A DNA stretch of 64,000 bases from Octopus sinensis (taxonomy: Eukaryota), in assembly GCF_006345805.1 (NCBI RefSeq), contig NC_043001.1, positions 65,782,001-65,846,000 of the forward strand, in the 5' to 3' direction. The stretch's first letter is position 1, and every line of letters begins with the position of its first letter. The notes under the pieces are model-generated. The model saw only the letters and a list, made by a program, of their open reading frames with translations. It did not search any database and was not told the origin of the DNA. Below, piece by piece: positions 21,686 to 34,955 of this stretch. Made by a program: the position numbers and the translations under genes.

Positions 21686-24600
21686 TACACCGGGGCGTTA
21701 AACAGATTACACCGGGGACGTTAAACATGTGAGAGCGATAAAACAGCGCTCCGAAATCTATCCACAAACATCGGATACAAAGACATCGTATGGAGCCAAA
21801 AATTTACTGACAAAGGATTGGACTATATCTGAGTAAGTAATACCCATTGAAATTTATTACTATCTTCGAAACGACATGATGTATTTTAACTCGATATCAT
21901 CTCCACCTCGAACACAACACATGTAAACATGCGCGGAAACATTACGACCCATCAACACCAGATCATCTCCGAGCCCAAACACCATGTACAAAAAAACTAC
22001 GAAGAAATTAAATAACACCGATATTATTCAACCCAAGAATAGCAATTGGGAAGTACGTACATTAAACTTACAACATAAAATGTACGAAAAACTACACGTG
22101 CAAAACAATGTGACAACAGAAATGAACGGACCGGTACCCTACGAAAATGACGACCGTCAAAATAATGGGCCGGACGTTGCTCCTCATGTCCCGCAAATAA
22201 AACCCAAAAGACATAAATAGACACGTGAGGAATACATTTCTATCCTACATGCTTATTTTACAGCAGTGCTCTACCCAAAGAATGAAAATACAACAACACA
22301 TACATATAAAATATGGAAGGAAAACAACATAAATATAGACTTGGATACAGCAATGAACCCTAACAAACTAGCTAACGTACGAAGATACATTCTCAACGCA
22401 AAAAAATATCAGAAATAGAAATAGAACATCTAAAAGAAAAAATACATCAGGAAAATGTAGATAGAAGCCACACAACAATGCCCAATAATATAAACACTGA
22501 AACAGTAAAACACGAAGACGAATGTAACACTCCCAACACGACAAACAAACATACAAATAAGAAAGAAAACGACACAAATCTAAAACCTGGAAATAATGAA
22601 GGGGAGCCTAATGATTATGATACTATAAAAAGTAGAATAATCAAAGAACTGAAAACCACAGAGCTCAAAATGGACCACCGACCATACCTCCCAAGAATCA
22701 AAATAGACGAAACAACAACACCAATTATAAACAGCATTAACCTAGCCGTCACGGAACTAATAGCCACTGAAACAAAAAGCGATATCACTGAGCTAAATGA
22801 CTTAGTATACGCAGCAGCCACTGCAGCCACAAAAGAAGCTGGATACTCACTAAAACCCGTCCAAACAGGAGTACCACCACCCAAACAAACCTTGTGGATA
22901 AATAACATCCAAAACAAAATACAAAAAATAAGAAGAGATCTGTCGATTCTTAATGAAATCAGTAGACAATCAACGCTACTGAGCAACAAAAAGAAAACAA
23001 AAATACTCCGCAAATACAATATCACACAAAAAGATTTACCTGAGATAAAGGAAAAGCTATAGCAAGATATCCTTGCCAAAGCACAAAGGATCCGCCGGTA
23101 CGAGAAACGCCAGCGCTTCTTTGAACAAAACAAAAAGTTCAACTCCAACCCCAAAAAGTTCAACCAAGAACTTGGCAAAAATAAAATAGAAATCACTGCA
23201 GCACCAACGGCAGAGGAAGTGGAAGAATTCTGGAGAGAAATATGGTCGGCGAACGAACAACCAAAAAAAAGGGGTATGAAAACAACAAACTCAGCATCTG
23301 AGCAACTTTGGACCCCCATAACAACTGAAGAGGTCACCCAGGCACTGCAAAGACTAAGCAACTGGAAGGCACCTGGGCATGATAAGATCCCCAGCTTCTG
23401 GTTGAAATATCTAACAGGAATGCACAAAAAGCTGGCTGAAAATCTTAACAACATACTAGCAGAGCCAGAGACAATGCCTGAATGGCTCACGAAGGGGAAA
23501 ACCATCTTAATTCCCAAATCAAATGAGACAGCAAAACCAGAAAACTACAGACCAATAACCTGTCTTCCTACGATGTACAAGGCATTTACTGCAGTGATAT
23601 CGCAAAGGTTGAACAAGCACCTGGACGAAAACAACCTGTTTCCACAAGAGCAGAAAGGATGCCGCAAAGGCTCATACGGCTGTAAAGATCAACTAATGAT
23701 CAATAAAGCCATAACCGAAGACAGCCACAGAAAGAAGAAAGGCCTCAGTATGGCGTGGATTGATTACAAAAAGGCCTTTGATAGCATCCCCCACACATGG
23801 ATCCTGGAAACACTAGCCATTAACAAAGTAGCACCAACAATTATAAAATTCATTGGGCACTCTATGAATAAATGGCAAACAGTGCTACAGCTCCAAACAA
23901 AAGAGGGACTCATGAAAACCAAAGCCATCCCCATTAGAAGAGGAATATTCCAGGGAGACACGCTCTCTCCACTCCTTTTCTGCTTGGCACTGTCACCTCT
24001 ATCTGATATGCTAAATAGAACTGGATGCGGATATAAATGTTACGGCAAAACGATCAGCCACCTTTTATATATGGATGACCTAAAAACTATACGCTGCAAA
24101 TGACAAACAGCTGGAAACACTATTAAAGACAGTTCATGGATTTACCAAAGAAATAGATATGAAATTTGGATTAGAAAAATGCGCCAAAGTAACCATGAAA
24201 AGAGGAAAACTAGTTAAGAGTGGCAACATCACTCTAGATAAAACCAATGAAATAAAAGAATTAGACCAAAGCCAAACTTACAAATACTTAGGAATCCATG
24301 AACTAGATAAGACACAACACACACAAATGAAAGAGAAAATAAAAAAAGAATATTATAGACGAGTTAGATCAATACTAAAAACAGAGCTCAATGCTAAAAA
24401 CAAGATAATAGGTATCAACACTTTAGCTGTCCCAGTTATAAGTTACAGCTACAATATCCTTAACTGGACACTAAATGAACTGACCAAAATAGATAAGAAA
24501 ACAAGAAAGATAATGACAGGATCTAGGATGCATCACCCAAAATCTGACATAGAAAGACTATATATACAACGTATAGAAGGTGGTAGAGGCCTCATACAGC

Positions 24601-25725
24601 TGGAAAACTACTATAAAATAACCACCATAGGACTGCAAAAATATCTACTTCAGAAGGAAGGAAAACTGATACAAATAGCGACAAAACACGAGCAAAACAA
24701 AAAACTATTCTCAGTATTTAAGGAAGCTGACAAATACAAACAAGAAATCATACCACCTAACAAATATAAAGAAGAAGAAGAAAATGAAGAAACAACAAAA
24801 GCTATAAAACAAATGAAATCCAAACTAAAACTAGAACAGCAAAGAACCATGATAAAACGATGGCAAGAAAAACCCCTTCATGGTAAATACTGGACTAAAC
24901 TAAATGCAAAAGAAATAGACAAAGAAAAATCCCAGCAATGGTTGAGAAGCTCAGGACTCAAAGCAGAGACAGAGGGATTTTTAATTGCAGCACAAGACCA
25001 AAGCCTCCCCACCAGAAATTACCAAAAACATCTAATGAAAAGAAATATAACAAGTAACTGCAGAATATGTGGAGATGGACAAGAAACAATAAATCATATT
25101 ATCCCTGGCTGCCCAGTCCTGGCTAAGAAGGAATATATTCACAGACATGACAGAGTTGGAACCTACATACACTGGAAGCTATGCCAACATTATGGAATAA
25201 CAACAGAAAAAAGATGGTATAGGCACACACCAGAAAAGGTCACAGAAAACGAGAAAGCAACCATACTTTGGGATATGCCGATACACACAGATAGAGAAAT
25301 TAAGGCCAACAGACCAGATATAGTTGTCAGAGATCATGAAGAAAAAAAATGCTTTCTAATTGATGTATCAATACCGGCAGATGACAACGTGTCTCTAAAA
25401 GAAATGGAGAAACTTTCAAAATACAAAGATCTGGAAATAGAGGTAACCAGAATGTGGAATCTAAAAACAGAAACAATTCCTATCATAGTAGGTGCATTAG
25501 GCATGATAAAAAAATATTCAGACAAATACATAACAAAAACACCAGGACTTACAAACACATATAACATACAGAAAATTTCACTACTAGGCACTGCACACAT
25601 CCTACGCAGAACACTTTCCATACAATAACCATCAGAGCATCACAACAAATCACAGCACATACCCAAGGCACACAGAGCTGCGCTCGGTAGTGAAATGAAA
25701 GCACGCTATAAAAATAAAACTACTG
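21686..25725 (+). mobile_element. Near full-length R4/Dong-clade LINE (lineage A) inserted in (TAA)n
   Basis: 5' UTR, single long ORF, 3' UTR ending AAAATAAAACTACTG-(AAT)n; (AAT)n also on the 5' side, as established for Dong elements. Confidence 0.92.
21984..25628 (+). CDS. Dong-type ORF: N-terminal domain, RT, CCHC finger and restriction-like endonuclease; two TAG stops and two A-run frameshifts
   Basis: WKAPGHD, NYRPITCL, DYKKAFDS, IFQGDTLSP, YMDD, CRICGDGQETINHIIPGC, RHD, RPDIVV..IDVSIP..K..KY. Stops at 22218-22220 and 23060-23062; frameshifts near 22405 and 24085. Confidence 0.92.
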
Positions 25726-25745
25726 AATAATAATAATAATAATAA

Positions 25746-26775
25746 TTAGAGCACTTAGAGAGCACAAACCTCTGCCAAGGCAACACCAACATCCTCTCAA
25801 CGATTAGCCAGAGATGATTTTTAAAATGAGAATATCTGAAATAAACTCGACTGTTCTCACAAACGAGAATACTAAAAATGAACCCGACGGCTGTCAAAAA
25901 TTAAGTAAAAATACCGGAAAAATAATCCAAAATCCTTGTCCGGTACCTGATCGATCCCAATGGTAGTCATGAAATGTGAAGGTGGTTATTCGGGCCGTGT
26001 TTGTAATGCAGTGGGAACAGGGATAGTTTTCTCTCTGAAGGCCTTCTTTAGTCAATCCACTTATATAATGTCTTTACGACCATTAGGGTCTATAGTGAAA
26101 AATTTATCCGCGCATGAAAGAAAACGGAAAGGATTTGCATGCGGTGCGGTTTAACAACATCATTGCGCACAAAAACTTGAGTCCAAAAAGTAAAACTTCC
26201 TTCAAGGCAGAGCTAGAAATGCAATTGTCAAGTAGGTAAGATGTTTTAAACAGGAGCGATATATTAAAAATTGGTAAAACTAAAAAATTTCGAGGATAAA
26301 TTAAATTAATTATTCTTACTGAATATAATAGTGTTATTTAATTTCTGAACGGTTTTGCTGCTGTTTGTTTATGTAGGTGGATTTCTATATCCATCAGTTT
26401 CTACTATGATAGAGATGCGAGTAAAACTAATAATAGAGAAACGAAAATAAAATTTTAGAAACATTAACGTCGCTATAACTTACGGGGAAACCATGAGTGT
26501 GCTTTCAAGGGAGATAATCAGAGAAAGACTTGAAATTAAACGTAAGATCGTAATCCTTCATGCAAAGCAAAGTAAATGTAACAAATAATCCAGAATCCTT
26601 GTCTGTTACCGGATCGATCCCCAAATCTAATCAGTTCGTGCCAGTCACGAGGCCAAACATCTCTGAAAGTTTCTTCGAATCCATCTGGCGGGTCTGGAGA
26701 TATCTTGTCCACGGACAAACAAACAAACAAACACGACTAAAACAATACCTCCGCCTTCACTAAGGCAGAGGTAAT
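25746..26775 (+). mobile_element. Helentron/HINE (DINE-1-like) non-autonomous element, or two half-elements
   Basis: ACCTCTGCC at 25768-25776 is inverted to GGCAGAGGT at the 3' end; terminal hairpin TACCTCCGCCTT-CACT-AAGGCAGAGGTA (26746-26773); (ACAA)n just upstream; repeated core AATAATCCA.AATCCTTGTC..GATCGATCCC at about 25920 and 26583. Confidence 0.55.
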
Positions 26776-27739
26776 AATAATGATAATAATATGAGGTAGT
26801 GTTGATTTTTCAACACTGGTTAAGCAATTCTAAATATATTCTTTAAGCTTACAACTTTTAATATTTTAACACTAACCTATATATTGTGTATTACAAACAC
26901 ACACACACACATACACATAAAGACGTTATAAATATTCATGAATCATTATTTTTCTGCAATTTTAACATGTCTTTATATAAATACATTATTTTATACGAGC
27001 ACGTGCATGCATTCGCGCACGCGCGCGTGTATGTAGCCTCTGCTAAAATGAGTTCTCTTATAATATACAAAAAGCATTAATATTCAAAGAATTTACATTT
27101 GGTTTTCTGTTATGATAAGATTTCGTTGATATCCGTTACCAACACCGAACCGAAATATCTGTCACCATCGTTTTCTATATTTCATACAGACTACTGGAAA
27201 TATTTCTATTCCACGACAGTGGGAATAAATTTTTAAATATTGCATTTCTTCTTGGAGAATTTATGTATATAATAAGGAATTTGACTTGCATTGGTCTGCT
27301 CAACTCCTGGAGTCTCTTTACTTTTGATATTCCGACCAAAGTTCCTAATAATTTGGTCATTTTTCATTTTCAAATTTAATCTTTAATGCACACAGGCAAA
27401 TAAATAACTTCTACATGGCTCTCGGCCTCCAAGAAATATCAACTAAATCTTCCTCAAATCATACCCTACAGAAATAGAAAAGGAAGGCACTCGTTGTGTA
27501 ATGTAGTCGTAGATACATCCATATTTCAACAAGACAGGAACGTCACGACAGGAATGTTATTGATCATACACTTTTCTCTTATGATTTCATATGTCTCGAA
27601 GATTAAAGAAAATCTCTTTCCAGTAGCAAGTTTTCTTGAAATAACACTATCTCTCGCTTAAATCCTACAATTTCTTTCTTACTGAAAGAATATATTTTGA
27701 TATATTCAGCTGGAAAATCTTGGAGTTAGACACTCATTC

Positions 27740-27885
27740 CACAGTTAATGATGATGATGATGTTGATGGTAGTGGTGGAAGTGGTGGTTGTGGTGGCTGC
27801 GGCGGCGGCGATGGCGGCCACGGCGGTGGTAGCGGTAGTTTTGTTGGTGGTGGTTTTGGTGATTGTGATGCTGATGATAGTGGAT
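27740..27885. repeat. (GAT)/(GGT)/(GGC) low-complexity tract
   Basis: Direct reading. Confidence 0.8.
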
Positions 27886-29353
27886 CAGATATGACCTCGT
27901 ACTGAACAGGAAAACTGATTCAAGTTAACGACTGTACATTAGATAAAGTAGTCCTAGATACACTGTGTCTGAATGAAAAATGTAATGTTTATGGCCAAAG
28001 CACTTTCATTCTCAGATCAACAAAATCCAGAAATTTTCGTACTTACACTTTCCAGTTATGACTCGTAGGATTTTGCAAGTTCTGTTTTCATTCTCATTAT
28101 CAACTAATTAGACTCTAAAGTTACGTTAATCAGTACTAATCTTAATATTACTAAAACTCTAGGGATGTTTATTTGTACTCGAAATATCTCAGAAATAGTA
28201 TATTTTATCTTAAATGTTTTTGCATATTTATTTTCATAGTTACCTTCGGCAGTGTAGTACAAAATTTTGTGACATTTGAACCTCTATTTATATTTTTGTT
28301 ATTTCTTGACGAAAAAACCATGGCTTCCGTGATGTCAACATACATACACACATACAGAATACATACACATATAATGAATGTTATGGCGTGTCAATCAACA
28401 CAAAGACATGTCCGATATCTGTGACATGCATACACACAGTCTTCACGCTCTCTAAGAAAAAAAGTCGACTTTTTGATGTACACAATATCTTAATCCTTTA
28501 GAAATATTGCAACTGAATGTGATTTCAAAAATGTACAGTAAGTATTTATATTTTACCTTTCTATAAAAAGACTATATTTTAATATTCATTTAAAAATTAT
28601 TTTCAAGTCAATTTCCATTAAAAAGTTTTATTTATTTACTTTTATTTTAAAGTGAAAGAGAGGAGAAAGTGAAAGATGTACGTAGGTGTATATGAAATTG
28701 ACGTATGTGAAAGAGAGAGAGAGGGAGAGAGAGAGAGAAAGAGAGAGAGAGAAAGAAAGAGATAGAGAGTGAGAGAAAAAGAGAGAAAGAAAGACAGAAA
28801 GGGAATGAGAAAGAAAGAGAGAGAGTGAGTGAAGAGGTGTGTTGTCATGTATACGTACATACATCAATACATATGCATACATCTTTTTTTAATGTACGTG
28901 TGCATATGTTCGTGTGTGTGTGTGTATGTGTGTGTGTGTGTGTATGAGAGAGAGAGATAGAGTGAGTGAGTGAACGTGTGTGTTCTCATGTATGTGTAAG
29001 TGGCACTCTCTCTTTCTCTCTCTCTCTTACACGCACACACACACACATCCATTTCATATACACGTTCATACATTTTTCTCTTTCTCTTGTCTTTCACTTT
29101 AAAACAAAGTAAATAAATAAAAAATTTCTACAGAAATTAACGAACAAAACCAGCTGATCCGGATGACAGTTCTTAGAGTCAAAGCGACCGTTCTGAGAGT
29201 CAAAACGAAATATCGCCCCAAGGGAATACCATTACAAAACCTTTTTCGAGTGCATTCAACGTATCTCAGCTCCAACGATTTGGCTGCTATTTCTAGTACG
29301 CCCTGCTACCATGTAGCCGCTATTCGCGACGAAGGACCCGAAATACCTGTTAC

Positions 29354-29451
29354 GTGATAGCAGAGCATGCAAGAAAACGGTTCCTTTCGCGGGAAAGGAG
29401 TCGCTTACGCGTGATTTCGATGTCATATTCGTTGAAAGCATGCGAAATAAC
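29354..29451 (-). CDS. Candidate host-gene coding exon C (VISHAFNEYDIEITRKRLLSRERNRFLACSAI+AC)
   Basis: Very strong acceptor TTTTTTTTCTTTTCCAG|G; donor AC|GTAACA (alternative CAG|GTATTT ending at 29347); CpG-rich unique sequence; phase-0 entry matches exon B. Confidence 0.5.
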
Positions 29452-29829
29452 CTGGAAAAGAAAAAAAAGACCATGAAACAAAACTCCATTGCTGGGAAAC
29501 AGGTGATTCAACGGATCATGGGTAATTTCTTTACTAAGGTTGCTTTTAACAATATTCAACCTTCTTCGAAATAATACTTAGCAAAACATTGTTTCAGCAA
29601 GTTCTTCATTCTTAAATATCTTTTCTTGGTATTCCTGGATATATCTTCATTCTTGCCAATAACCAGAAACTCTATCTGTCGTCTCAATGGTCAATTGAAA
29701 TGCCATGGAAGTTGGTTCCATACAAATATCTCTCATACGTCTGTTTCGGTTTTCAACTTTTTCCTTACTTTCTATCATTTATCATTTGGCTTCTTTCTTT
29801 CTTTCTTTATTTATTTTTCTTTCCTTCTT

Positions 29830-29885
<56 letters not shown>

Positions 29886-30771
29886 TTTCGTTTTTTATTT
29901 AGCTTTGCACAGAGGCGGTACTATAGCCAATAAGGTGAATCCGAGGCGTGCTCATATCTTGTTGAAAACTATTTATTTACATATTTATTTAATATTTATC
30001 TACTTATCTATTCAGTCATTTTTTTTTTTGTGTGTTCTGAATTCATATGCCATCGACATCTAGTAATATGCTGTTGTAACTTAAATAAATTCTACTCATT
30101 CCAAAAATATATGAATTTATACCATACTTTGTGCCAATGTTAGAAATCTTTTGCTAAGGATTACTGTCATGTGACAGATGACAAACTGGGTCAGAAGTAA
30201 CATTCTGTGTTACAAATAACACGCAAGGTCCTTATGCACCAGGAATGAATTTCTAATGATACCGAGTTGCCATGGGATACTGAAAGATGGCCTGGATACT
30301 TGAAAGACATCCAACTCTAAATTCTATCTCAAATGTCCAGTTGTTGATATTAGTTTATTGCAACACGAATGTATCTCTGGTATCATTCCTCAAGGTGAGA
30401 GTCAAATCATTGGCTCTGAATCTGCTGTTTCACGATTATATTTCATGTCAGACTTAAATGCTTCCATTGTTTAGTTTCATATTAGTGATCACAAGTGTTC
30501 CAGGCATGTTTGTCACATCATATTTCAGATACAGAATCAATTGTTTTCTTTTTCTTTTTTAAGGTGTTAAAATGTGATTTGAGGGAAATATCGTTGCTAT
30601 TTATGCCAAATGTAGAGACCACCGGTTGCCCCCCATGATGATTCTAGACTGGTTCGCCACTATATTTGGTATTATCTATATGAGATAGAATCAGACTTGA
30701 ATATTCCCTTATGGTGTAAATAAACACACTGCCGAGAAATAATTGTTTCAATTTTCTTTATTCTTTTTCTT

Positions 30772-30980
30772 TTTGGCACAATGTCAGCAATTTTAACGCG
30801 AGGGATTAGTCGATTACATCGACTTAATACTTGACTAGTACTTTGTTTTATAGACCTCGAAAGACCTAAGAAAGAAAGTCAACCTCAACGGAATTTGAAC
30901 TTAAGACGTAACGAGCCGAAAAAAAATGCCACTAAACCTTTTGACCGACGCGCTAACGATTCTGCCAGCTCACCGCCTTC
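30772..30980 (-). mobile_element. tRNA-derived SINE (family 2), diverged
   Basis: Colinear with 8311-8523. Confidence 0.75.
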
Positions 30981-31589
30981 TTGCTGAGAAACTCGAACGT
31001 TTTAGACGTATATTTCTGGAAAATAAAAACCCAGGAGGGACTCTAGGGATATTGTATTCTGGACTCTGCACTGTAATGAATATTAAATAAACAATAATGC
31101 AACTAATTACTGAAGACTAATTACTGGCTATACTAATCTAGTTATATTTGTTTCTGTTTTTGTTGTTGTCATTGTAATTGTTTATATTTGTTTTATATTT
31201 GTTGTTTTTTCCAAGCTGTTGGTTGCCTTTCGTGTTGTTGCTAATGTAATTGATGCTGCAGCTATAGTAGTGGTGGTGGCGACGACAGTGACGGTAGCGA
31301 CGATGGCGGTGGCGACGGTTGTAGTGGTGGTAGCAGCAGTAACAGTAGTTCTTGTTGCCTCGTTAAAGATGTGTTTGATAATAACTGAGGGGAGAAAGAA
31401 CAGCATCCATGACTATCATTCAGGTTCTTCAAGACTGGTGAGTTTACGTGAAATACATACTGTTATAATGAATAAAATCGTATACACACACATAAATACA
31501 CACGCACACACACGCAACTTTTTAGATAAGGCCGTAACAAGCCGAAATGAAATACAATTTGAACTACAGAAGTGAAAACAGAACATCAG

Positions 31590-31830
31590 TTGGAGTTTCA
31601 CCTCCTATTTCGATGTTTCTTCAGACTGATGGAATATATAGGAAAGGATGGTGAAATGCATAGACTGGTTTGTTATAATAGCCAGCCTGCTTCGTGTAGC
31701 TCTTCACTGTTATTTTGAGTTGGTCTTAGCTTGTAATACGAAGGGCCTCCTTGATTCTAAGGTTGTTTGTATTCGTTGAATGGCCCTGATAGATACTGAG
31801 AAGTCCTAGATACCTCTGTAGTAATCTGCA
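31590..31830 (-). mobile_element. Possible Penelope-like element 3' remnant
   Basis: Minus strand reads NLRIKEALRIT (resembles the GIY-YIG C-terminal L.IKEAL.I motif), followed by a CTGAAGAA...GAAAC hammerhead-like core. Confidence 0.35.
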
Positions 31831-32094
31831 TGTCTATATATATGTGTGCATCGATATACATTTATGTGTGTATATATATATATGTGTGTGTGTGTGGATA
31901 GACTTACTTGAAAATGGACGCGTGGCGTTCAGTTAATAATATAACTTATATATATATATATATTTCATATGCATATATGGGTACAGGACTCACTAAATGT
32001 GTAAACAACATGAAGTACGAAAACAAGCGAGTTAAATACGCAAACAACGAAAGAAAATAAATGGAAAACAGGACAAATAAACACAGAGAATCTA

Positions 32095-32227
<133 letters not shown>

Positions 32228-32264
32228 TATATAATATATATATATATAATATATATATATATAT

Positions 32265-33269
32265 AATTCATATTACTATCTAATAGAAAGCTACGCATCC
32301 ATTTCCAAGTAGGTTTATCTTAACCTTTTTGATGCGAATCTACAATATATTGTTTTCTCCCTGTCTCTTTCTCTTTTTCTCTCTCTCGTTGCTCACACAA
32401 GACCATCGTCCGTTTCTTTCCTCACGTGACCATCTTTCTTTTTCTGCATAACGTTTCTTTTGTCTCTCTTCTATGTTTTCTCTTTTGAAAGAAAATATTT
32501 CTCCTAGCGTTCGCTATTTTCCTCTCGTGCTGGTCTAACGACCCTTTATTTTTGTTTTCGTTCGGTCTCCTTGTATGTCCCCACAGACGTGTTTTTGTTC
32601 ACAACTTTTACCCTCCATAAATCCAAAATTTTCTTTTAGAATTTATGGGAGCAACTGTCTTTGAAGACTCATATTGTCGTTGAGTGCTCCAAATTAGGAT
32701 TAGATAGACAGCGGACAACCGATGAAGGGTCCGTTCTCTGTGTTCATTTGTCCTGTTTCCCATTTTTACTCTCGTTGCTTGCGTATTTGACTCGTTTGTT
32801 TTCGTACTTCCTGTTGTTTACGTCCTGTACTCATATATGCATATGCATAAATGTGTGCGTGTGTGTGTGTGGATATGTGTATGAATACATAAATGCACAT
32901 ATATGTTTGTGCGTGTATAGGCATGTACATATACATATTTGTGTTTGTGTGTACGATGTAGACATTATGAACGCAGTAAGTTTTATGTTTATGTATGTAT
33001 TGTGAGAATATATTTGTGTGTATTTTTAATCTTTTATATTTTTCCTACCTATTAGAGTAACTTCCCTTTTATTCAACGGTTTTTTATAGCGTCTATGCCA
33101 TGATGGCCAATGAAACTGAATCGTAGCACTTAGCTCAAGCATTTGAAACTCTGAGTACTATTATGACAACTTACTGATTGTCCTAAACTATACATGTATA
33201 AATATCCTCTATTTACCTAATATCGAGGTCTCATTCTTATAATAATAATAATAATAATTATTATTATTA

Positions 33270-33316
<47 letters not shown>

Positions 33317-33443
33317 TATTATTATTATTATATATGTTGTTTTCGTATTTCATGTTGTTTACGTTTTATGACGTCCTGTACCCATATATGCATGTGTATG
33401 TACATATATGCGTAAGCATGTACGTATATGTATGTATATATGC

Positions 33444-33478
<35 letters not shown>

Positions 33479-33543
33479 ATATATATATAATATATATTAT
33501 ATGATTGAACGCGGCGCATCCATTTCCAAGTAAGTTTATATAT

Positions 33544-33581
<38 letters not shown>

Positions 33582-34585
33582 ATTCATATTACTATCTAAT
33601 AGAAAGCTACGCATCCATTTCCAAGTAGGTTTATCTTAACCTTTTTGATGCGAATCTACAATATATTGTTTTCTCCCTGTCTCTTTCTCTTTTTCTCTCT
33701 CTCGTTGCTCACACAAGACCATCGTCCGTTTCTTTCCTCACGTGACCATCTTCTTTTTCTGCATAACGTTTCTTTTGTCTCTCTTCTATGTTTTCTCTTT
33801 TGAAAGAAAATATTTCTCCTAGCGTTCGCTATTTTCCTCTCGTGCTGGTCTAACGACCCTTTATTTTTGTTTTCGTTCGGTCTCCTTGTATGTCCCCACA
33901 GACGTGTTTTTGTTCACAACTTTTACCCTCCATAAATCCAAATTTTCTTTTAGAATTTATGGGAGCAACTGTCTTTGAAGACTCATATTGTCGTTGAGTG
34001 CTCCAAATTAGGATTAGATAGACAGCGGACAACCGATGAAGGGTCCGTTCTCTGTGTTCATTTGTCCTGTTTCCCATTTTTACTCTCGTTGCTTGCGTAT
34101 TTGACTCGTTTGTTTTCGTACTTCCTGTTGTTTACGTCCTGTACTCATATATGCATATGCATAAATGTGTGCGTGTGTGTGTGTGGATATGTGTATGAAT
34201 ACATAAATGCACATATATGTTTGTGCGTGTATAGGCATGTACATATACATATTTGTGTTTGTGTGTACGATGTAGACATTATGAACGCAGTAAGTTTTAT
34301 GTTTATGTATGTATTGTGAGAATATATTTGTGTGTATTTTTAATCTTTTATATTTTTCCTACCTATTAGAGTAACTTCCCTTTTATTCAACGGTTTTTTA
34401 TAGCGTCTATGCCATGATGGCCAATGAAACTGAATCGTAGCACTTAGCTCAAGCATTTGAAACTCTGAGTACTATTATGACAACTTACTGATTGTCCTAA
34501 ACTATACATGTATAAATATCCTCTATTTACCTAATATCGAGGTCTCATTCTTATAATAATAATAATAATAATTATTATTATTATA

Positions 34586-34662
<77 letters not shown>

Positions 34663-34780
34663 GTTGTTTTCGTATTTCATGTTGTTTACGTTTTATGACG
34701 TCCTGTACCCATATATGCATGTGTATGTACATATATGCGTAAGCATGTACGTATATGTATGTATATATGCATATATATAT

Positions 34781-34832
<52 letters not shown>

Positions 34833-34862
34833 GATTGAACGCGGCGCATCCATTTCCAAGTA

Positions 34863-34866
<4 letters not shown>
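32265..34866. repeat. Tandem duplication of a ~1.3-kb unit (32265-33535 and 33581-34866) bounded by (TA)n
   Basis: Units near-identical apart from microsatellite length; identical ORFs at 32661 and 33975. Confidence 0.92.

Positions 34867-34955
<89 letters not shown>

Noticed and set aside
21686-21980. HDV-like ribozyme in the Dong 5' UTR
   Set aside because: Plausible for R4-clade elements, but I could not map the nested pseudoknot or the catalytic C.
29354-29410. bZIP basic region in RKRLLSRERNRFLAC
   Set aside because: Lacks the N-x7-R spacing and a following leucine zipper.
29256-29489. ORF 29256..29489 as a standalone gene, or exon C read in that frame
   Set aside because: That frame needs a phase-2 exit from exon B, which gives a TAG; the ORF also runs through the acceptor tract and a repeat end.
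30160-30420. Possible exon or RT motif (ATTCCTCAAG|GTGAGA)
   Set aside because: Stops upstream in the relevant frame, no supporting motifs, and it is on the opposite strand to the other exon candidates.
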